NCBI GenBank assembly: GCA_038233355.1 | Contig: JBBSMD010000001.1 | Coordinates: forward strand, 1,047-65,046 | DNA length: 64,000 bases | Direction: 5' to 3' | Source of the DNA: Propionibacteriales bacterium | GTDB lineage: Bacteria; Actinomycetota; Actinomycetes; Propionibacteriales; Nocardioidaceae | Shown: positions 23,966 to 33,951 of the stretch, piece by piece | Layout: every line of letters starts with the position of its first letter | How positions within the stretch are numbered: position 1 is the first letter of the stretch | The notes under the pieces: model-generated | Seen by the model: the letters and a program-made list of their open reading frames with translations, nothing else | Told to the model about the DNA's origin: nothing | Database searches by the model: none | Program-made: the position numbers and the translations under genes

Positions 23966-25488
23966 GCGACCTGCAGAGCTCCTCCGACGTGCGCGACGCG
24001 TCGCACCCCGACCACCTCGCCGAGGACGAGGCGGACCTGCTGGCCTACCTGACCGCACAACGCTGGTTCGCCGCCAAGGGGGCCCGCGTCGACGTGCGGC
24101 GAGTGCGGCGGTTGCCGCGTGCCGCGGCCGGACCGGACGGGCCCTGGCTGGGTGTCGACCTGCTCGACGTCGACGTCGACGGTGCCCGCGTGCTCTACCA
24201 GGTGCCGCTCGGGCTGCACCGCGAGCCGGTGCCCGACCTGGGGCACGCCTGGATCGGGTACACCGACGACCCCGAGGTCGGGCGCGTGCACGTGTACGAC
24301 GCCGCGCACGACGCCGCCGCCCTGGCCCTGCTGACGCAGGGGTTCGTCGGCGAGGCGCTGGCGGGGCTGGAGCACCACACCACCGGCGTGGTGCGGCTCG
24401 ACGAGGCTGCCGGCCCGCGGCTGCTCACCGGTGAGCAGTCGAACACCTCGGTGGTGATCGGCGCCGACCTGCTGCTGAAGATCTTTCGCAAGGTCGAGCC
24501 CGGCCACAACCCCGACATCGAGGTGCACGCCGCGATCGCCCGGCTCGCCGCGCGCACCGAACAGGCCCCCGACGCCGGCCTCGGGGTGGTGGCCCCGCTG
24601 CGCGGGTGGATCCGCACCCCCGACGACGGCCCGGTGCCCGGGGTCGACCTGGCCATGCTGCAGGACTTCCTGCGCACGGCCGTCGACGGCTGGACCTACG
24701 CCCGTACCAGCGTGCGTGACCTGCTCAACGAGGGCGACCTCTACGCCGACGAGGTCGGAGGCGACTTCGCGGGCGAGGCGCAGCGGCTCGGACGCACCAC
24801 CGCCGCCCTGCACGAGGCGCTCGCCCAGGCCCTGGACACCCGCACGTGGTCCGCCCACGACCTGTCCGCGCTGGCCGCCCGGCTGCACGGCCGGCTCCAC
24901 GACGCCGTGGCGATCGCGCCACGGCTCGAGCCGCAGGCGCCGGTGCTGCACCGCTGCTACGACGCGGTCGAGGCGCTTGCTTCTGGTCACCTGGTGCAAC
25001 GCGTGCACGGTGACTTCCACCTCGGCCAGGTACTGCGGGACGTGGACGGGTGGCGGGTGATCGACCTGGAGGGCGAACCCGCTGCCCCGATCCGCGAGCG
25101 CACCGCCCTCGACTCGCCGCTGCGCGACGTGGCCGGCATGCTGCGCTCGCTGGACTATGCCGCGCACTCGATGTCGCTGCAGTTCGACGACTCCCCGCAG
25201 GTGCAGCACCGCACGCTCGAGTGGGTGACCCGCAACCGGGAAGCCTTCCTCGCCGGTTACGCCGAGCCGGACGCGACCGACCACGAGCGCGAGGCCGGTG
25301 CCGTGGGCGGTGCCGGTGCCGTCGGTGGTGCCGGTGGCGACCCGGAGGCCGACCGGGTGCTGCTGCGGGCGTACGAGATCGACAAGGCCGTGTACGAGGT
25401 TGTGTACGAGACGCGCAACCGCCCGACCTGGGTGGCCATCCCCTTGGGTGCGGTGTCCCGGCTCGTCGCCGAGGAGGAGCAGACATGA
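23962..25488 (+). CDS. pep2: maltokinase
   Basis: [12 protein letters not shown].., EQSNTSVV.., [29 protein letters not shown] overlap with the treS stop. Confidence 0.85.
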
Positions 25489-27749
25489 CGTCCAAGGCGC
25501 AGCGACCGGCGCCGGTCGAGTCCCACGTGCTGGACGCCGTGGCGTCAGGCCGCCACCGCGACCCGCACGCCGTGCTCGGCCCACACCCGCACGCCGGGCA
25601 GCTCACGATCCGGGCGCTGCGGCCGATGGCCAGCAGCGTCGTCGTCGAGCACGCGGGCGGTGAGGTGCGCCTCGAGCACGAGCACGGGGGCGTGTGGACG
25701 GGAGTGCTCGACGCGCCCGACACGATCGACTACCGGCTGCGGGTGGCCTACGCCGACGGCGCCGAGCACCAGCAGGACGACGCCTACCGCTTCTGGCCCA
25801 CCCTCGGCGAGATCGACATCCACCTGATCGGCGAAGGTCGCCACGAGCAGCTGTGGACGGTGCTGGGCGCGCACGTGCGCCACTACGACGCCCCCAGCGG
25901 CACCATTACCGGCACCTCGTTCGCGGTCTGGGCGCCCAACGCCCGCGCCGTGTCGGTGGTCGGCGACTTCAACGGCTGGAATCCCCTGCTCTCGGCCATG
26001 CGGTCGCTCGGCTCCAGCGGGGTGTGGGAGCTGTTCGTCCCCGGTCTCGGCGAGGGCGCCCTCTACAAGTTCGACGTCCTGGGCCAGGACGGGCACCGAC
26101 GCACCAAGGCCGACCCGCTGGCCCGGGCCGCGCAGCACCCCCCCGAGACGGCGTCGAAGGTCACCGTCAGCCGGTACGAGTGGGATGACGCCGAGTGGCT
26201 GGCGCGGCGAGAGCAGACCCAGTGGCACAGCGCGCCGATGAGCATCTACGAGGTGCACCTGGCCTCGTGGCGGCGCGGTCGCAGCTACCGCGACCTGGCC
26301 ACCGAGCTCGTCGACTACGTCGTGGCGGCCGGCTTCACCCACGTCGAGCTGCTGCCCGTCATGGAGCACCCGTTTGGCGGTTCCTGGGGTTACCAGGTGA
26401 GCGGCTACTACGCACCCACCACCCGGCTCGGGGAGCCGGACGACTTCAGGGCACTCGTCGACGCGTTCCACGCCGCCGGGATCGGCGTCATCCTCGACTG
26501 GGTGCCGGCCCACTTCCCCAAGGACTCGTGGTCGCTCGGTCGCTTCGACGGCACGGCACTCTACGAGCATCCCGACCCGCGCCGTGGCGAGCACACCGAG
26601 TGGGGTACCTACATCTTCGACTACGGGCGCCCCCAGGTGCGCAACTTCTTGGTGGCCAACGCCGTCTACTGGCTGCAGGAGTTCCACATCGACGCGCTGC
26701 GGGTCGACGCGGTCGCCTCGATGCTCTACCTCGACTACGCCCGCCCGGACGGCGAGTGGCTGCCGAACCAGTACGGCGGCCGGGAGAACCTCGAGGCGGT
26801 GGCGTTCTTGCAGGAGATGAACGCGACCTGCTTTCGGCGCGTACCCGGCATCACCACGATCGCGGAGGAGTCGACGTCGTGGCCCGGTGTCACCCGGCCC
26901 ACCCATCTGGGCGGCCTCGGGTTCGGGTTCAAGTGGAACATGGGCTGGATGCACGACTCGCTGGGCTACGTCTCGCAGGAGCCGATCTACCGGCAGTACC
27001 ACCACCACCAGATGACGTTCTCGATGATGTACGTCTACACCGAGAACTTCGTGCTGCCGCTCAGCCACGACGAGGTCGTGCACGGCAAGCGCTCCCTGCT
27101 GGGCAAGATGCCCGGCGACCGCTGGCAGCAGCTGGCGACGGTGCGGGCGTACCTGGCCTACATGTGGGCTCACCCGGGCAAGCAGCTGGTGTTCATGGGC
27201 ATCGAGATCGGGCAGGAGCGTGAGTGGTCGGAGGAACGCGAGCTCGACTGGGGCCTGCTCGACGACCAGGGCCATGCCGGCCTGCAGCGCCTCGTGACCG
27301 ACCTCAACTCCACCTACCGCGACACCGCCGCGCTGTGGGCGAGTGACTCCGACCCAGCAGGGTTCTCCTGGATCGACGCCAACGACGCCAGCAACGACGT
27401 GCTCAGCTTCGTGCGCTCCGGGCCGGACGGCCCGCTGGTGTGCGTCGCCAACTTCGCCGCCGTACCGCACGAGGACTACCGGCTGGGGCTGCCGGCGACC
27501 GGCACCTGGCGCGAGGTCGTCAACACCGACGCCGAGACCTACGGCGGTTCCGGTGTCGGCAACCTCGGCTCGGTCGAGGCCACCCACGACCCTTGGCACG
27601 GCCGGTCGGCCTCGGTCCGGCTGCGATTGCCGCCCCTTGGCACGCTGTGGCTGCGGCACGTCCCGGCCGACGCGGCACCGCCTGCTCCCGCCTCCCCGGC
27701 TGCGAGGCAGCGCGACGGTGGCGTCACCGAGCCGTCACAGGGCGCGTAG
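25485..27749 (+). CDS. glgB: 1,4-alpha-glucan branching enzyme
   Basis: [54 protein letters not shown] overlap with the pep2 stop. Confidence 0.93.
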   Translation: MTSKAQRPAPVESHVLDAVASGRHRDPHAVLGPHPHAGQLTIRALRPMASSVVVEHAGGEVRLEHEHGGVWTGVLDAPDTIDYRLRVAYADGAEHQQDDAYRFWPTLGEIDIHLIGEGRHEQLWTVLGAHVRHYDAPSGTITGTSFAVWAPNARAVSVVGDFNGWNPLLSAMRSLGSSGVWELFVPGLGEGALYKFDVLGQDGHRRTKADPLARAAQHPPETASKVTVSRYEWDDAEWLARREQTQWHSAPMSIYEVHLASWRRGRSYRDLATELVDYVVAAGFTHVELLPVMEHPFGGSWGYQVSGYYAPTTRLGEPDDFRALVDAFHAAGIGVILDWVPAHFPKDSWSLGRFDGTALYEHPDPRRGEHTEWGTYIFDYGRPQVRNFLVANAVYWLQEFHIDALRVDAVASMLYLDYARPDGEWLPNQYGGRENLEAVAFLQEMNATCFRRVPGITTIAEESTSWPGVTRPTHLGGLGFGFKWNMGWMHDSLGYVSQEPIYRQYHHHQMTFSMMYVYTENFVLPLSHDEVVHGKRSLLGKMPGDRWQQLATVRAYLAYMWAHPGKQLVFMGIEIGQEREWSEERELDWGLLDDQGHAGLQRLVTDLNSTYRDTAALWASDSDPAGFSWIDANDASNDVLSFVRSGPDGPLVCVANFAAVPHEDYRLGLPATGTWREVVNTDAETYGGSGVGNLGSVEATHDPWHGRSASVRLRLPPLGTLWLRHVPADAAPPAPASPAARQRDGGVTEPSQGA

Positions 27750-27807
27750 GTGTCGCGCTGAGCGAGCGCGAGCCGGTCACGCTGTGCCCGCTCACGCCTT
27801 TGACTCC

Positions 27808-27881
27808 GCGGGCTTCGGGCTCGGCGCCGGCGGGTTCGGGCTCGGCGCCAGCGGCTTCGGGCTCGGCGCCGGCGGGTTCGG
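27808..27881. repeat. 21-bp tandem repeat, about 3.5 copies, in the glgB-Nudix intergenic region
   Basis: Core ttcgggctcggcgcc at 27814, 27835 and 27856, with a partial copy at 27877. Exact 21-bp period. Confidence 0.9.
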
Positions 27882-27910
27882 TACGTCGCGGTGCCACATG
27901 GGCGGGCCCG

Positions 27911-28714
27911 ATGCGCTGGGACGTGCTCCGTGGTGCGCAGGTCGTCGGCGCCGGCCGGCGCGATCCGGTCGGCGCCGACGGCGGTGACCTCTCGTGGTCG
28001 GGCTCCGACCTCGACGCGGAGCGACGGGGCCTGCGGCTGGCCGTCGAGCGGAGCTTCGCCGAGCTCGGCCTCACGCGGGTGCAGGCCCGGGTGCCCTCGG
28101 GAGACCTGCGCACGCTGCGCACCGCCGCACTCGCCGGACTGCGCCGCGAAGGGGTGCTCCGCGGAGCTGGGCCCGCTGGTGGCGACCAGGTGCTGGTGGC
28201 GTGCTTGCGAGGCGACCCAGACCCGCACAGCCGAGACGGCTTCATCGCCCTGCTCAACGCCGGGCTGCCCACCAAGCGGGTCATCGCCCAGGGGCTCGTG
28301 CGCGACCACGCCGGCCGAGTGCTGCTGTGCGAGCTGACGTACAAGGCCGAGTGGGACCTGCCCGGCGGGGTCGTCGAACCCGGCGAGTCACCACGTGAGG
28401 GCGTTGTCCGCGAGGTCGGCGAAGAGCTCGGGATCGACGTCGCGCCCGAGCGGCTGCTCACCGTCAACTGGCTCGCCCCGTGGCGCGGCTGGGACGACGC
28501 GTGCGTGTTCGTGTTCGACCTCGGCGTGCATGATGCGTCGCTGGTTCGGCACCTGTCCTTGCAACCGACCGAGATCGCCGCCGTACGCTGGTGCGACACC
28601 GACACGGTCACCCGGCGGGCCACCCGCGCGACTGCGGCGCTGCTGGCCTTCCTGCGTGAGCGACCAGACGGGGTGCCCTACGTGGAGAACGCGTCGCCCC
28701 CGCGACTCCCCTGA
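27911..28714 (+). CDS. Nudix hydrolase with an N-terminal half-GNAT (RimJ/RimL-like) remnant
   Basis: Nudix box GGVVEPGESPREGVVREVGEELGI. The N-terminal about 100 aa (ERRGLRLAVERSFAELGLTRVQARVPSGDLRTLRTAALAGLRREGVLRG) resemble only the C-terminal half of a GNAT. ATG at 27911 chosen; upstream TTG/CTG starts are not excluded. Confidence 0.7.
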   Translation: MRWDVLRGAQVVGAGRRDPVGADGGDLSWSGSDLDAERRGLRLAVERSFAELGLTRVQARVPSGDLRTLRTAALAGLRREGVLRGAGPAGGDQVLVACLRGDPDPHSRDGFIALLNAGLPTKRVIAQGLVRDHAGRVLLCELTYKAEWDLPGGVVEPGESPREGVVREVGEELGIDVAPERLLTVNWLAPWRGWDDACVFVFDLGVHDASLVRHLSLQPTEIAAVRWCDTDTVTRRATRATAALLAFLRERPDGVPYVENASPPRLP

Positions 28715-28730
28715 CTCGCGACCGGGCCCG

Positions 28731-28757
28731 CGTGTGGTCACAAGTGACCACGACACG
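28731..28757. terminator. palindromic hairpin between the convergent Nudix and lipoprotein genes
   Basis: cgtgtggtcac aa gtgaccacgacacg. The core GTGGTCAC/GTGACCAC is perfect. Confidence 0.4.
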
Positions 28758-28814
28758 CCGGTACGCGACGTCGCTATCGACCACACTCGGCCGGGTGGGT
28801 GGCGGACCTGGTGC

Positions 28815-29807
28815 TCATACCCCGGACGCGTCGACGACCCCGCCGTACTGCCCGATCGCGCGGGTCCTGCCGCCTTGCGCCGGCAGGTAGAGCAGCACCT
28901 GGTGGAGGTAGGACAGCTGGCCGCCCGAGAAGAGCTTTCCACGCAGGAACGCCTTCTGCTCCGAGCCCGCCGGCCAGCTCACCGTGGTGCCGGGGCTCAA
29001 CGCGTACGCGTCGACGCGCAGCAGGTCGGCGAAGACCAGCGCGCCGCCGTCGGCGGTACGCAGGGCGTACCTGACGGCCGCGGCCCGCCACTGCTGCGCG
29101 AACCGCACTCCCTCGATCGCGGACTGGCGCCGGGCGATCGCCGCCATCTGGGTGACGAAGGAGTCGCGGACGACCGGCCCGGGTGTACCCGGCTGGCCCG
29201 CGGCGGTGGCGTTGAGCGTGTCCACGTACGTCTGCACGGCCGCCGTCGGCGACAGCGGCAGCCCAGCATCGTCGTCCGGCTCCACCGGCGTCAGCGCACC
29301 CTCGGCGTCGACGGCGAAGCGGGGCAGGCGGACCGACGGCAGCGTTTCGGGGCTGGCGACCAGCTGCCAGGTCGACACCGACGTTCGGCGGGTGAAAATC
29401 TGCACCTTGATCAGCCCGCGCACCCCATCGCGTACGACCGCGACGAACCACAACGGGTATGCCCCCAGCCGTGGTGCCAGGACCTGCAAGATCTGCAGGT
29501 CCTGCAGATCCGGGCCGGGCTCGACCGACTCGTCCACGGGCAGCAGCCTGGCCACCCGCAGCGCCCCGGCGTCGATCGCGAGCACCGGGCCGGTCTCGAT
29601 GGAGGTGAGCGGCTGCGGGTCCAACAGTCGCAGGGCGACCCGACGCACCCGGGTGTAGCGCGCGTAGACCTCGGTTGCGGCCGCTGGCGTCACCGCGATC
29701 TTGGAGGCATCGTCCGAACGTCGCTGGTACGGCAGCGCACACGCGTCGAGCAGCGAGACGAGCGTCACGAGCACGGCTACGAGCGCCCCGGCGCGTCGCC
29801 GGCTCAC
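28815..29807 (-). CDS. hypothetical predicted lipoprotein / secreted protein
   Basis: 330 aa. N-terminal MSRRRAGALVAVLVTLVSLLDAC (signal peptide with a lipobox-like Cys). No recognisable domain. Start overlaps the upstream gene stop by 4 nt. Confidence 0.65.
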   Translation of the reverse strand: MSRRRAGALVAVLVTLVSLLDACALPYQRRSDDASKIAVTPAAATEVYARYTRVRRVALRLLDPQPLTSIETGPVLAIDAGALRVARLLPVDESVEPGPDLQDLQILQVLAPRLGAYPLWFVAVVRDGVRGLIKVQIFTRRTSVSTWQLVASPETLPSVRLPRFAVDAEGALTPVEPDDDAGLPLSPTAAVQTYVDTLNATAAGQPGTPGPVVRDSFVTQMAAIARRQSAIEGVRFAQQWRAAAVRYALRTADGGALVFADLLRVDAYALSPGTTVSWPAGSEQKAFLRGKLFSGGQLSYLHQVLLYLPAQGGRTRAIGQYGGVVDASGV

Positions 29808-30532
29808 CGTGGCGTCCCCGGCTCGACCGGACGCCCGAAGGGCAGCTCGACCCGATCCGCGACCCGATCCGCGACCCGCTCCTCGTCCGGATCCCCGGCC
29901 GGATCGTCGGCCGGCAGGACCTCCGCCGGCGGTGCCGGACGCCGCAGCAGCCAGCCGACGGTCCCGGCACCGACCGCCAGCACGGCGACCCCGAGCCCCG
30001 TACCGAATCCGCCGGGCACGACGTAGGAGCCGCTGATCTGCAGGCCACGAAGGTCACCGGCCAGCCCGACCACGGCCAGCGACGCAGTCTGCTCGGGCAG
30101 CGAGACGGTGATCTGAGCGCCACCGCGACCCGCGCTAGCGGCCAGCCACCAGTCGGCGGCCAGGGGCGTGGCCGGGATGTTTTGCTGCCCTCGGACCGTC
30201 GTGGTCGACACCTGCCAGGGCAGACTCAGCGAGTCGACGCGTTCGTAACCGGTGCCGGCGAAGAAGTCGGCGACGTCGACGGTGTTGGCCAGGCCGAGGA
30301 ACACCGGTCGCGCACCGGGCACCTCGGCCGTGATCGTCACCGTGGGGCCCACCCAGCCGAGCACCTCGGGTCGGCTGACCACGGCACGTTGGTCGGTGCC
30401 GAGCGGGTGCGGGCCGGTGGTGACGCGGTTGTCGGGTCCGAGCACCACCGCCACGGCGATCCCGGCGAGGAGGCCGACCGTGGCGACGAGCAGCACGAGG
30501 ACGCCAGCGATGGGCCGTCGCACCCGCCTCAC
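29804..30532 (-). CDS. hypothetical membrane protein (N- and C-proximal TM helices, Pro/Asp-rich tail)
   Basis: 242 aa. TM1 IAGVLVLLVATVGLLAGIAVAVVLG, TM2 GLGVAVLAVGAGTVGWLL. The tail holds a 12-bp tandem repeat (29849-29880, RVADRVADRV). Confidence 0.65.
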   Translation of the reverse strand: MRRVRRPIAGVLVLLVATVGLLAGIAVAVVLGPDNRVTTGPHPLGTDQRAVVSRPEVLGWVGPTVTITAEVPGARPVFLGLANTVDVADFFAGTGYERVDSLSLPWQVSTTTVRGQQNIPATPLAADWWLAASAGRGGAQITVSLPEQTASLAVVGLAGDLRGLQISGSYVVPGGFGTGLGVAVLAVGAGTVGWLLRRPAPPAEVLPADDPAGDPDEERVADRVADRVELPFGRPVEPGTPR

Positions 30533-30546
30533 ACCGACCGCGTCGC

Positions 30547-31467
30547 TCAGAACAGTGCCGTCGCCAGCCGTCGGCGGGCCACCGCGACCGCGGGATCGTC
30601 TTGGCCGACGACGGCGAACAGCGACACCAGGTGGGCCCGGGCCTGGTCGCGATCGTCGCCGGCCGTACGAGCGACGGTGTCGACGAGACGGGTGAAGGCG
30701 TCGTCGGCGTGTCCGCCCAGCACGTCCAGATCAGCCACCAGCGCCTGCGCGGCGACATCGTCGGGTCGCTCGGCCGCCTCCCGCCGGGCAGCGTCGGCGT
30801 CCACGCCGCTGGTGCGGGCCATCAGCTCGACTCCGGCCAGCCGTTCGGCCAGCTCCTGGTCGGCGGGATCGGCGGCCAGGAGCGCCTTGTACGCCGCGAT
30901 GGCACCCGGCAGGTCGTCTGCCGCCAGCGCCGCATCCGCCTCGGCGAAGCGCGGATCCTCGCTGGCCTGCGTCTCCTCCGGTGGCGGTGACTGTCCGGCG
31001 CGCGGCTGGGCTCGCCCGCTCATGCCGTTGGCGACCGCGGCCTGCACGAGCTGGTCGAGGATCTCGCGGGCCTCGGCCTCGTCGTTCGTCCCCGGGATCT
31101 GAGCGACCGGCTGCCCACGCAACAGTGCGACGAGGAAGGGCACTCCTTGGGCGCCCACCGCCTGCGCCACCTGCGGCAGCTGGTCGACGTCTGCTCGCGC
31201 CAGCAGGAACCTCCCCTCGTACCCGTCGGCGAGCCCGGCGAAGAGATCGGTGGTACGGATACTGCCGGGCGAGCGCGGCGACCACAGCGCGAGGACGACC
31301 AGGTGCTGCATCGACGCCTCGACCACATCGGCCGCGAAGCTGGCCTCGGTGATGTCGACGACAAAGGCGCCGGCGCCCCCACCGGCACCCGAGCCGGCGC
31401 CAGGTGCGGGTTGCGCCAGGGAGGAGAGGTCGATGGCACCGGGGCGGGAGAACGACGGCGTGCTCAT
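30547..31467 (-). CDS. thioredoxin-domain plus TPR co-chaperone (YbbN/CnoX-like; Rv1324 position)
   Basis: 306 aa. Thioredoxin-like N-domain without a CxxC motif (VVLALWSPRSPGS), followed by TPR-like helices (AIAAYKALLAADPADQELA..). Confidence 0.7.
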   Translation of the reverse strand: MSTPSFSRPGAIDLSSLAQPAPGAGSGAGGGAGAFVVDITEASFAADVVEASMQHLVVLALWSPRSPGSIRTTDLFAGLADGYEGRFLLARADVDQLPQVAQAVGAQGVPFLVALLRGQPVAQIPGTNDEAEAREILDQLVQAAVANGMSGRAQPRAGQSPPPEETQASEDPRFAEADAALAADDLPGAIAAYKALLAADPADQELAERLAGVELMARTSGVDADAARREAAERPDDVAAQALVADLDVLGGHADDAFTRLVDTVARTAGDDRDQARAHLVSLFAVVGQDDPAVAVARRRLATALF

Positions 31468-31545
31468 GGGGCCCCATTGTTCCCGACCGGCGGTCTGGCG
31501 TGGCCGCGCGGGTACGCGTCCACCGCCTGCAACCTCGGCACGACG

Positions 31546-31564
31546 CCGACCGGGAGCCGGTCGG
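31546..31564 (-). terminator. 8-bp stem / 3-nt loop hairpin just after the IcmA-like stop
   Basis: ccgaccgg gag ccggtcgg, 15 nt downstream of the stop at 31579. No U tract. Confidence 0.4.
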
Positions 31565-31578
31565 ATGCCAGCAAGACC

Positions 31579-33282
31579 TCAGAATCGGGCTGGTTCGCGG
31601 TACTCGCCCCACAGCTCGCGTAGTGCCCCGCAGATCTCGCCGAGGGTGGCCTCCAGGCGTACCGCGGCCAGCATCGAGGGCATGAGGTTGCCCTGGCCGC
31701 GAGCGACCGCGGTCATCGTGTCGAGTGCCGCACGCACGGCCGCCTCGTCACGCGCGTCACGGCGGCTACCGAGCTCGTGCACCTGCGCGGTCTCGACCTC
31801 GTGGCTGACGCGCACGATCTCGAGGTCGTCGGTGACCGAGCCGGTGTGGCAGTTGACGCCGACCACCGACTTGTCGCCCTTCTCCAGCGCCGTCTGGTAG
31901 GTGAACGCGGCGTCGGCGATCTCGGACATGAACCATCCGTCCTCGATCCCACGAAGGATGCCGGAGGTCATCGGGCCGATCGGGTGCTCCGCCTCGTCGC
32001 CGCCGCCCATCGCCCGGATCCGGTCGAAGATCTGCTCGGCCTCGGCTTCCAGCCGGTCGGTCAGGGCCTCGACGTACCACGAGCCGCCCAGCGGGTCGGC
32101 GACGTTGAGGACACCGGTCTCCTCGGCCAGCACCTGCTGGGTGCGCAGCGCGATCTCGGCCGCCCGCTCGCTGGGCAGCGCGAGCGTCTCGTCGAGGGCG
32201 TTGGTGTGCAGGGAGTTCGTGCCGCCCAGCACGGCGGCCAGCGCCTCGACCGCGGTCCGCACCACGTTGTTGTACGGCTGCTGGGCGGTCAGCGACACCC
32301 CGGCGGTCTGAGTGTGGAATCGCAGCCACTGCGACTTCGCGCTGGTGGCGCCGTAGACGTCGCGCATCCAGCGGGCCCAGATGCGTCGGGCGGCCCGGAA
32401 CTTGGCGATCTCCTCGAAAAAGTCGAGGTGGGCGTCGAAGAAGAAGGACAGCCCGGGGGCGAACGAGTCGATGGCGAGGCCCCGGGACAGGCCGAGCTCG
32501 ACGTACCCGAACCCGTCGGCCAGCGTGTAGGCCAGCTCCTGGGCGGCGGTGGAGCCGGCCTCGCGGATGTGGTAACCGGAGACGCTCAACGGCTTGTACG
32601 CCGGGATTTCGTGTGCGCAGTACTCCATCAGGTCACCGATCAGGCGCAGATGCGGCTCGGGTGTGAAGAGCCACTCCTTCTGCGCGATGTACTCCTTGAA
32701 GATGTCGGTCTGCAGCGTGCCGTTGAGCCGCCGGACATCAGCGCCTTGTCGCTCGGCGGCGACCAGGTACATGCAGAACACCGGCACCGCCGGACCCGAG
32801 ATCGTCATCGACGTGGTCACGTCGGCCAGCGGGATGTCGGCGAAGAGTACGTCCATGTCAGCGGCGGAGTCGATGGCGACGCCGCAGTGGCCGACCTCAC
32901 CGAGCGACTGCGGCTCGTCGGAGTCGCGCCCCATCAGCGTCGGCATGTCGAACGCCACCGACAGCCCACCACCGCCGGCGGCCAGGATCATCCGATAGCG
33001 CTCGTTGGTCTGGCGGGCGTTGCCGAAGCCGGCAAACTGACGAATCGTCCACGGCCGCCCCCGGTAGCCGGTTGCGTACAGGCCACGGGTGAAGGGAAAC
33101 TCCCCCGGCCAGCCGATTCGCTCGAAGTCGGGCACTTGCGACTCGTCGGCGGGGCCGTACACCGGGTCGACGTCGAGCCCGGACAAGGTGGTGAAGTCGG
33201 CGTCACGCACCTGGGAGCCGTCGTAGCGCGCCTGCCAGCGGGCTCGACCGTCTGCGGGGTCCGACGGGGGCTGGGCGGGCAC
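31579..33282 (-). CDS. icmA: acyl-CoA mutase large (substrate-binding) subunit, isobutyryl-CoA mutase IcmA-like; no B12-binding domain
   Basis: 567 aa. RPWTIRQFAGFGNARQTNERYRMILAAGGGGLSVAFDMPTLMGRDSD has Phe where methylmalonyl-CoA mutase has the substrate Tyr. GTG start 7 nt after GGAGG. Confidence 0.75.
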   Translation of the reverse strand: MPAQPPSDPADGRARWQARYDGSQVRDADFTTLSGLDVDPVYGPADESQVPDFERIGWPGEFPFTRGLYATGYRGRPWTIRQFAGFGNARQTNERYRMILAAGGGGLSVAFDMPTLMGRDSDEPQSLGEVGHCGVAIDSAADMDVLFADIPLADVTTSMTISGPAVPVFCMYLVAAERQGADVRRLNGTLQTDIFKEYIAQKEWLFTPEPHLRLIGDLMEYCAHEIPAYKPLSVSGYHIREAGSTAAQELAYTLADGFGYVELGLSRGLAIDSFAPGLSFFFDAHLDFFEEIAKFRAARRIWARWMRDVYGATSAKSQWLRFHTQTAGVSLTAQQPYNNVVRTAVEALAAVLGGTNSLHTNALDETLALPSERAAEIALRTQQVLAEETGVLNVADPLGGSWYVEALTDRLEAEAEQIFDRIRAMGGGDEAEHPIGPMTSGILRGIEDGWFMSEIADAAFTYQTALEKGDKSVVGVNCHTGSVTDDLEIVRVSHEVETAQVHELGSRRDARDEAAVRAALDTMTAVARGQGNLMPSMLAAVRLEATLGEICGALRELWGEYREPARF

Positions 33283-33299
33283 GGCATTACCTCCTGGGT

Positions 33300-33336
33300 G
33301 GACGTCCTGGCGGTAATACTAGGACGTCCTACTATA
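33300..33336. promoter_or_regulatory. AT-rich promoter/operator island: two GGACGTCC palindromes 20 bp apart plus a TATAGT -10-like hexamer (minus-strand sense)
   Basis: ggacgtcc at 33300-33307. TAGGACGTCCTA (12-bp perfect palindrome) at 33320-33331. actata (minus-strand TATAGT) at 33331-33336. Lies between the MarR stop (33460) and the IcmA-like start (33282). Confidence 0.45.
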
Positions 33337-33459
33337 TCGGACCGGCGTGTTTGGCCGTCGTACCCGGTCCGCCAGCCGAGTTGTCAGCGCCTCCGCGTGC
33401 TCCCACCCGACTGCACACCGACAACTCGCGACCGCGGCCGGCCGCGGCGAGGCGGCTGG

Positions 33460-33951
33460 TCAGAAGTCGCCGGCCGCCCGCCGCACCTGGCGCAACGCCT
33501 CAGTCAGCCCGCCCAGGCCGGACTCGTCGAGCGCGCCCAGCCCGAAGTCGGCGGCAACCAGGTCCGCGGTCGCCGCCTCGACCACCTCACGCCCGGCCTC
33601 GGTGAGGACGGCGAGGGTGGCCCGCCCGTCCGAGGGATGACGCCGGCGCTCGACATAGCCGGCAACCACCAGACGCCGCACGATGCTGGTCACCGACGTG
33701 GGATGCACCTGCAGGCGTTGCCCCATCTTGCCCAGCGGCAGCGACCCATGCCGAGAGAAGGTCAACAGCACCAGGGCCTCGTACGCGGCGAAGCTGAGGT
33801 CGTGACACCGCAGGCGCTGGTCCAGCTCGGTGAGCAGCAGCTGGTGTGCACGCATCACCGAGGTGACCGCCCGCATCTGCTCTACCCCGCCCCAGCGGTC
33901 CGCCCAGTGCCGCGCCGCCTCCTCGATCGGGTCGAACGGCAGAGCGGGCAC
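33460..33951 (-). CDS. MarR family transcriptional regulator
   Basis: 163 aa. LSFAAYEALVLL..LPLGKMGQRLQVHPTSVTSIVRRLVVAGYVERRRHPSDGRATL winged HTH. GTG start. Confidence 0.88.
   Translation of the reverse strand: MPALPFDPIEEAARHWADRWGGVEQMRAVTSVMRAHQLLLTELDQRLRCHDLSFAAYEALVLLTFSRHGSLPLGKMGQRLQVHPTSVTSIVRRLVVAGYVERRRHPSDGRATLAVLTEAGREVVEAATADLVAADFGLGALDESGLGGLTEALRQVRRAAGDF

Noticed and set aside
27808-27881. CRISPR-like array (also considered for the repeats at 34096-34215 and 57277-57325).
   Set aside because: The units are directly tandem with no unique spacers. They are much shorter than CRISPR repeats, and no cas genes are present.
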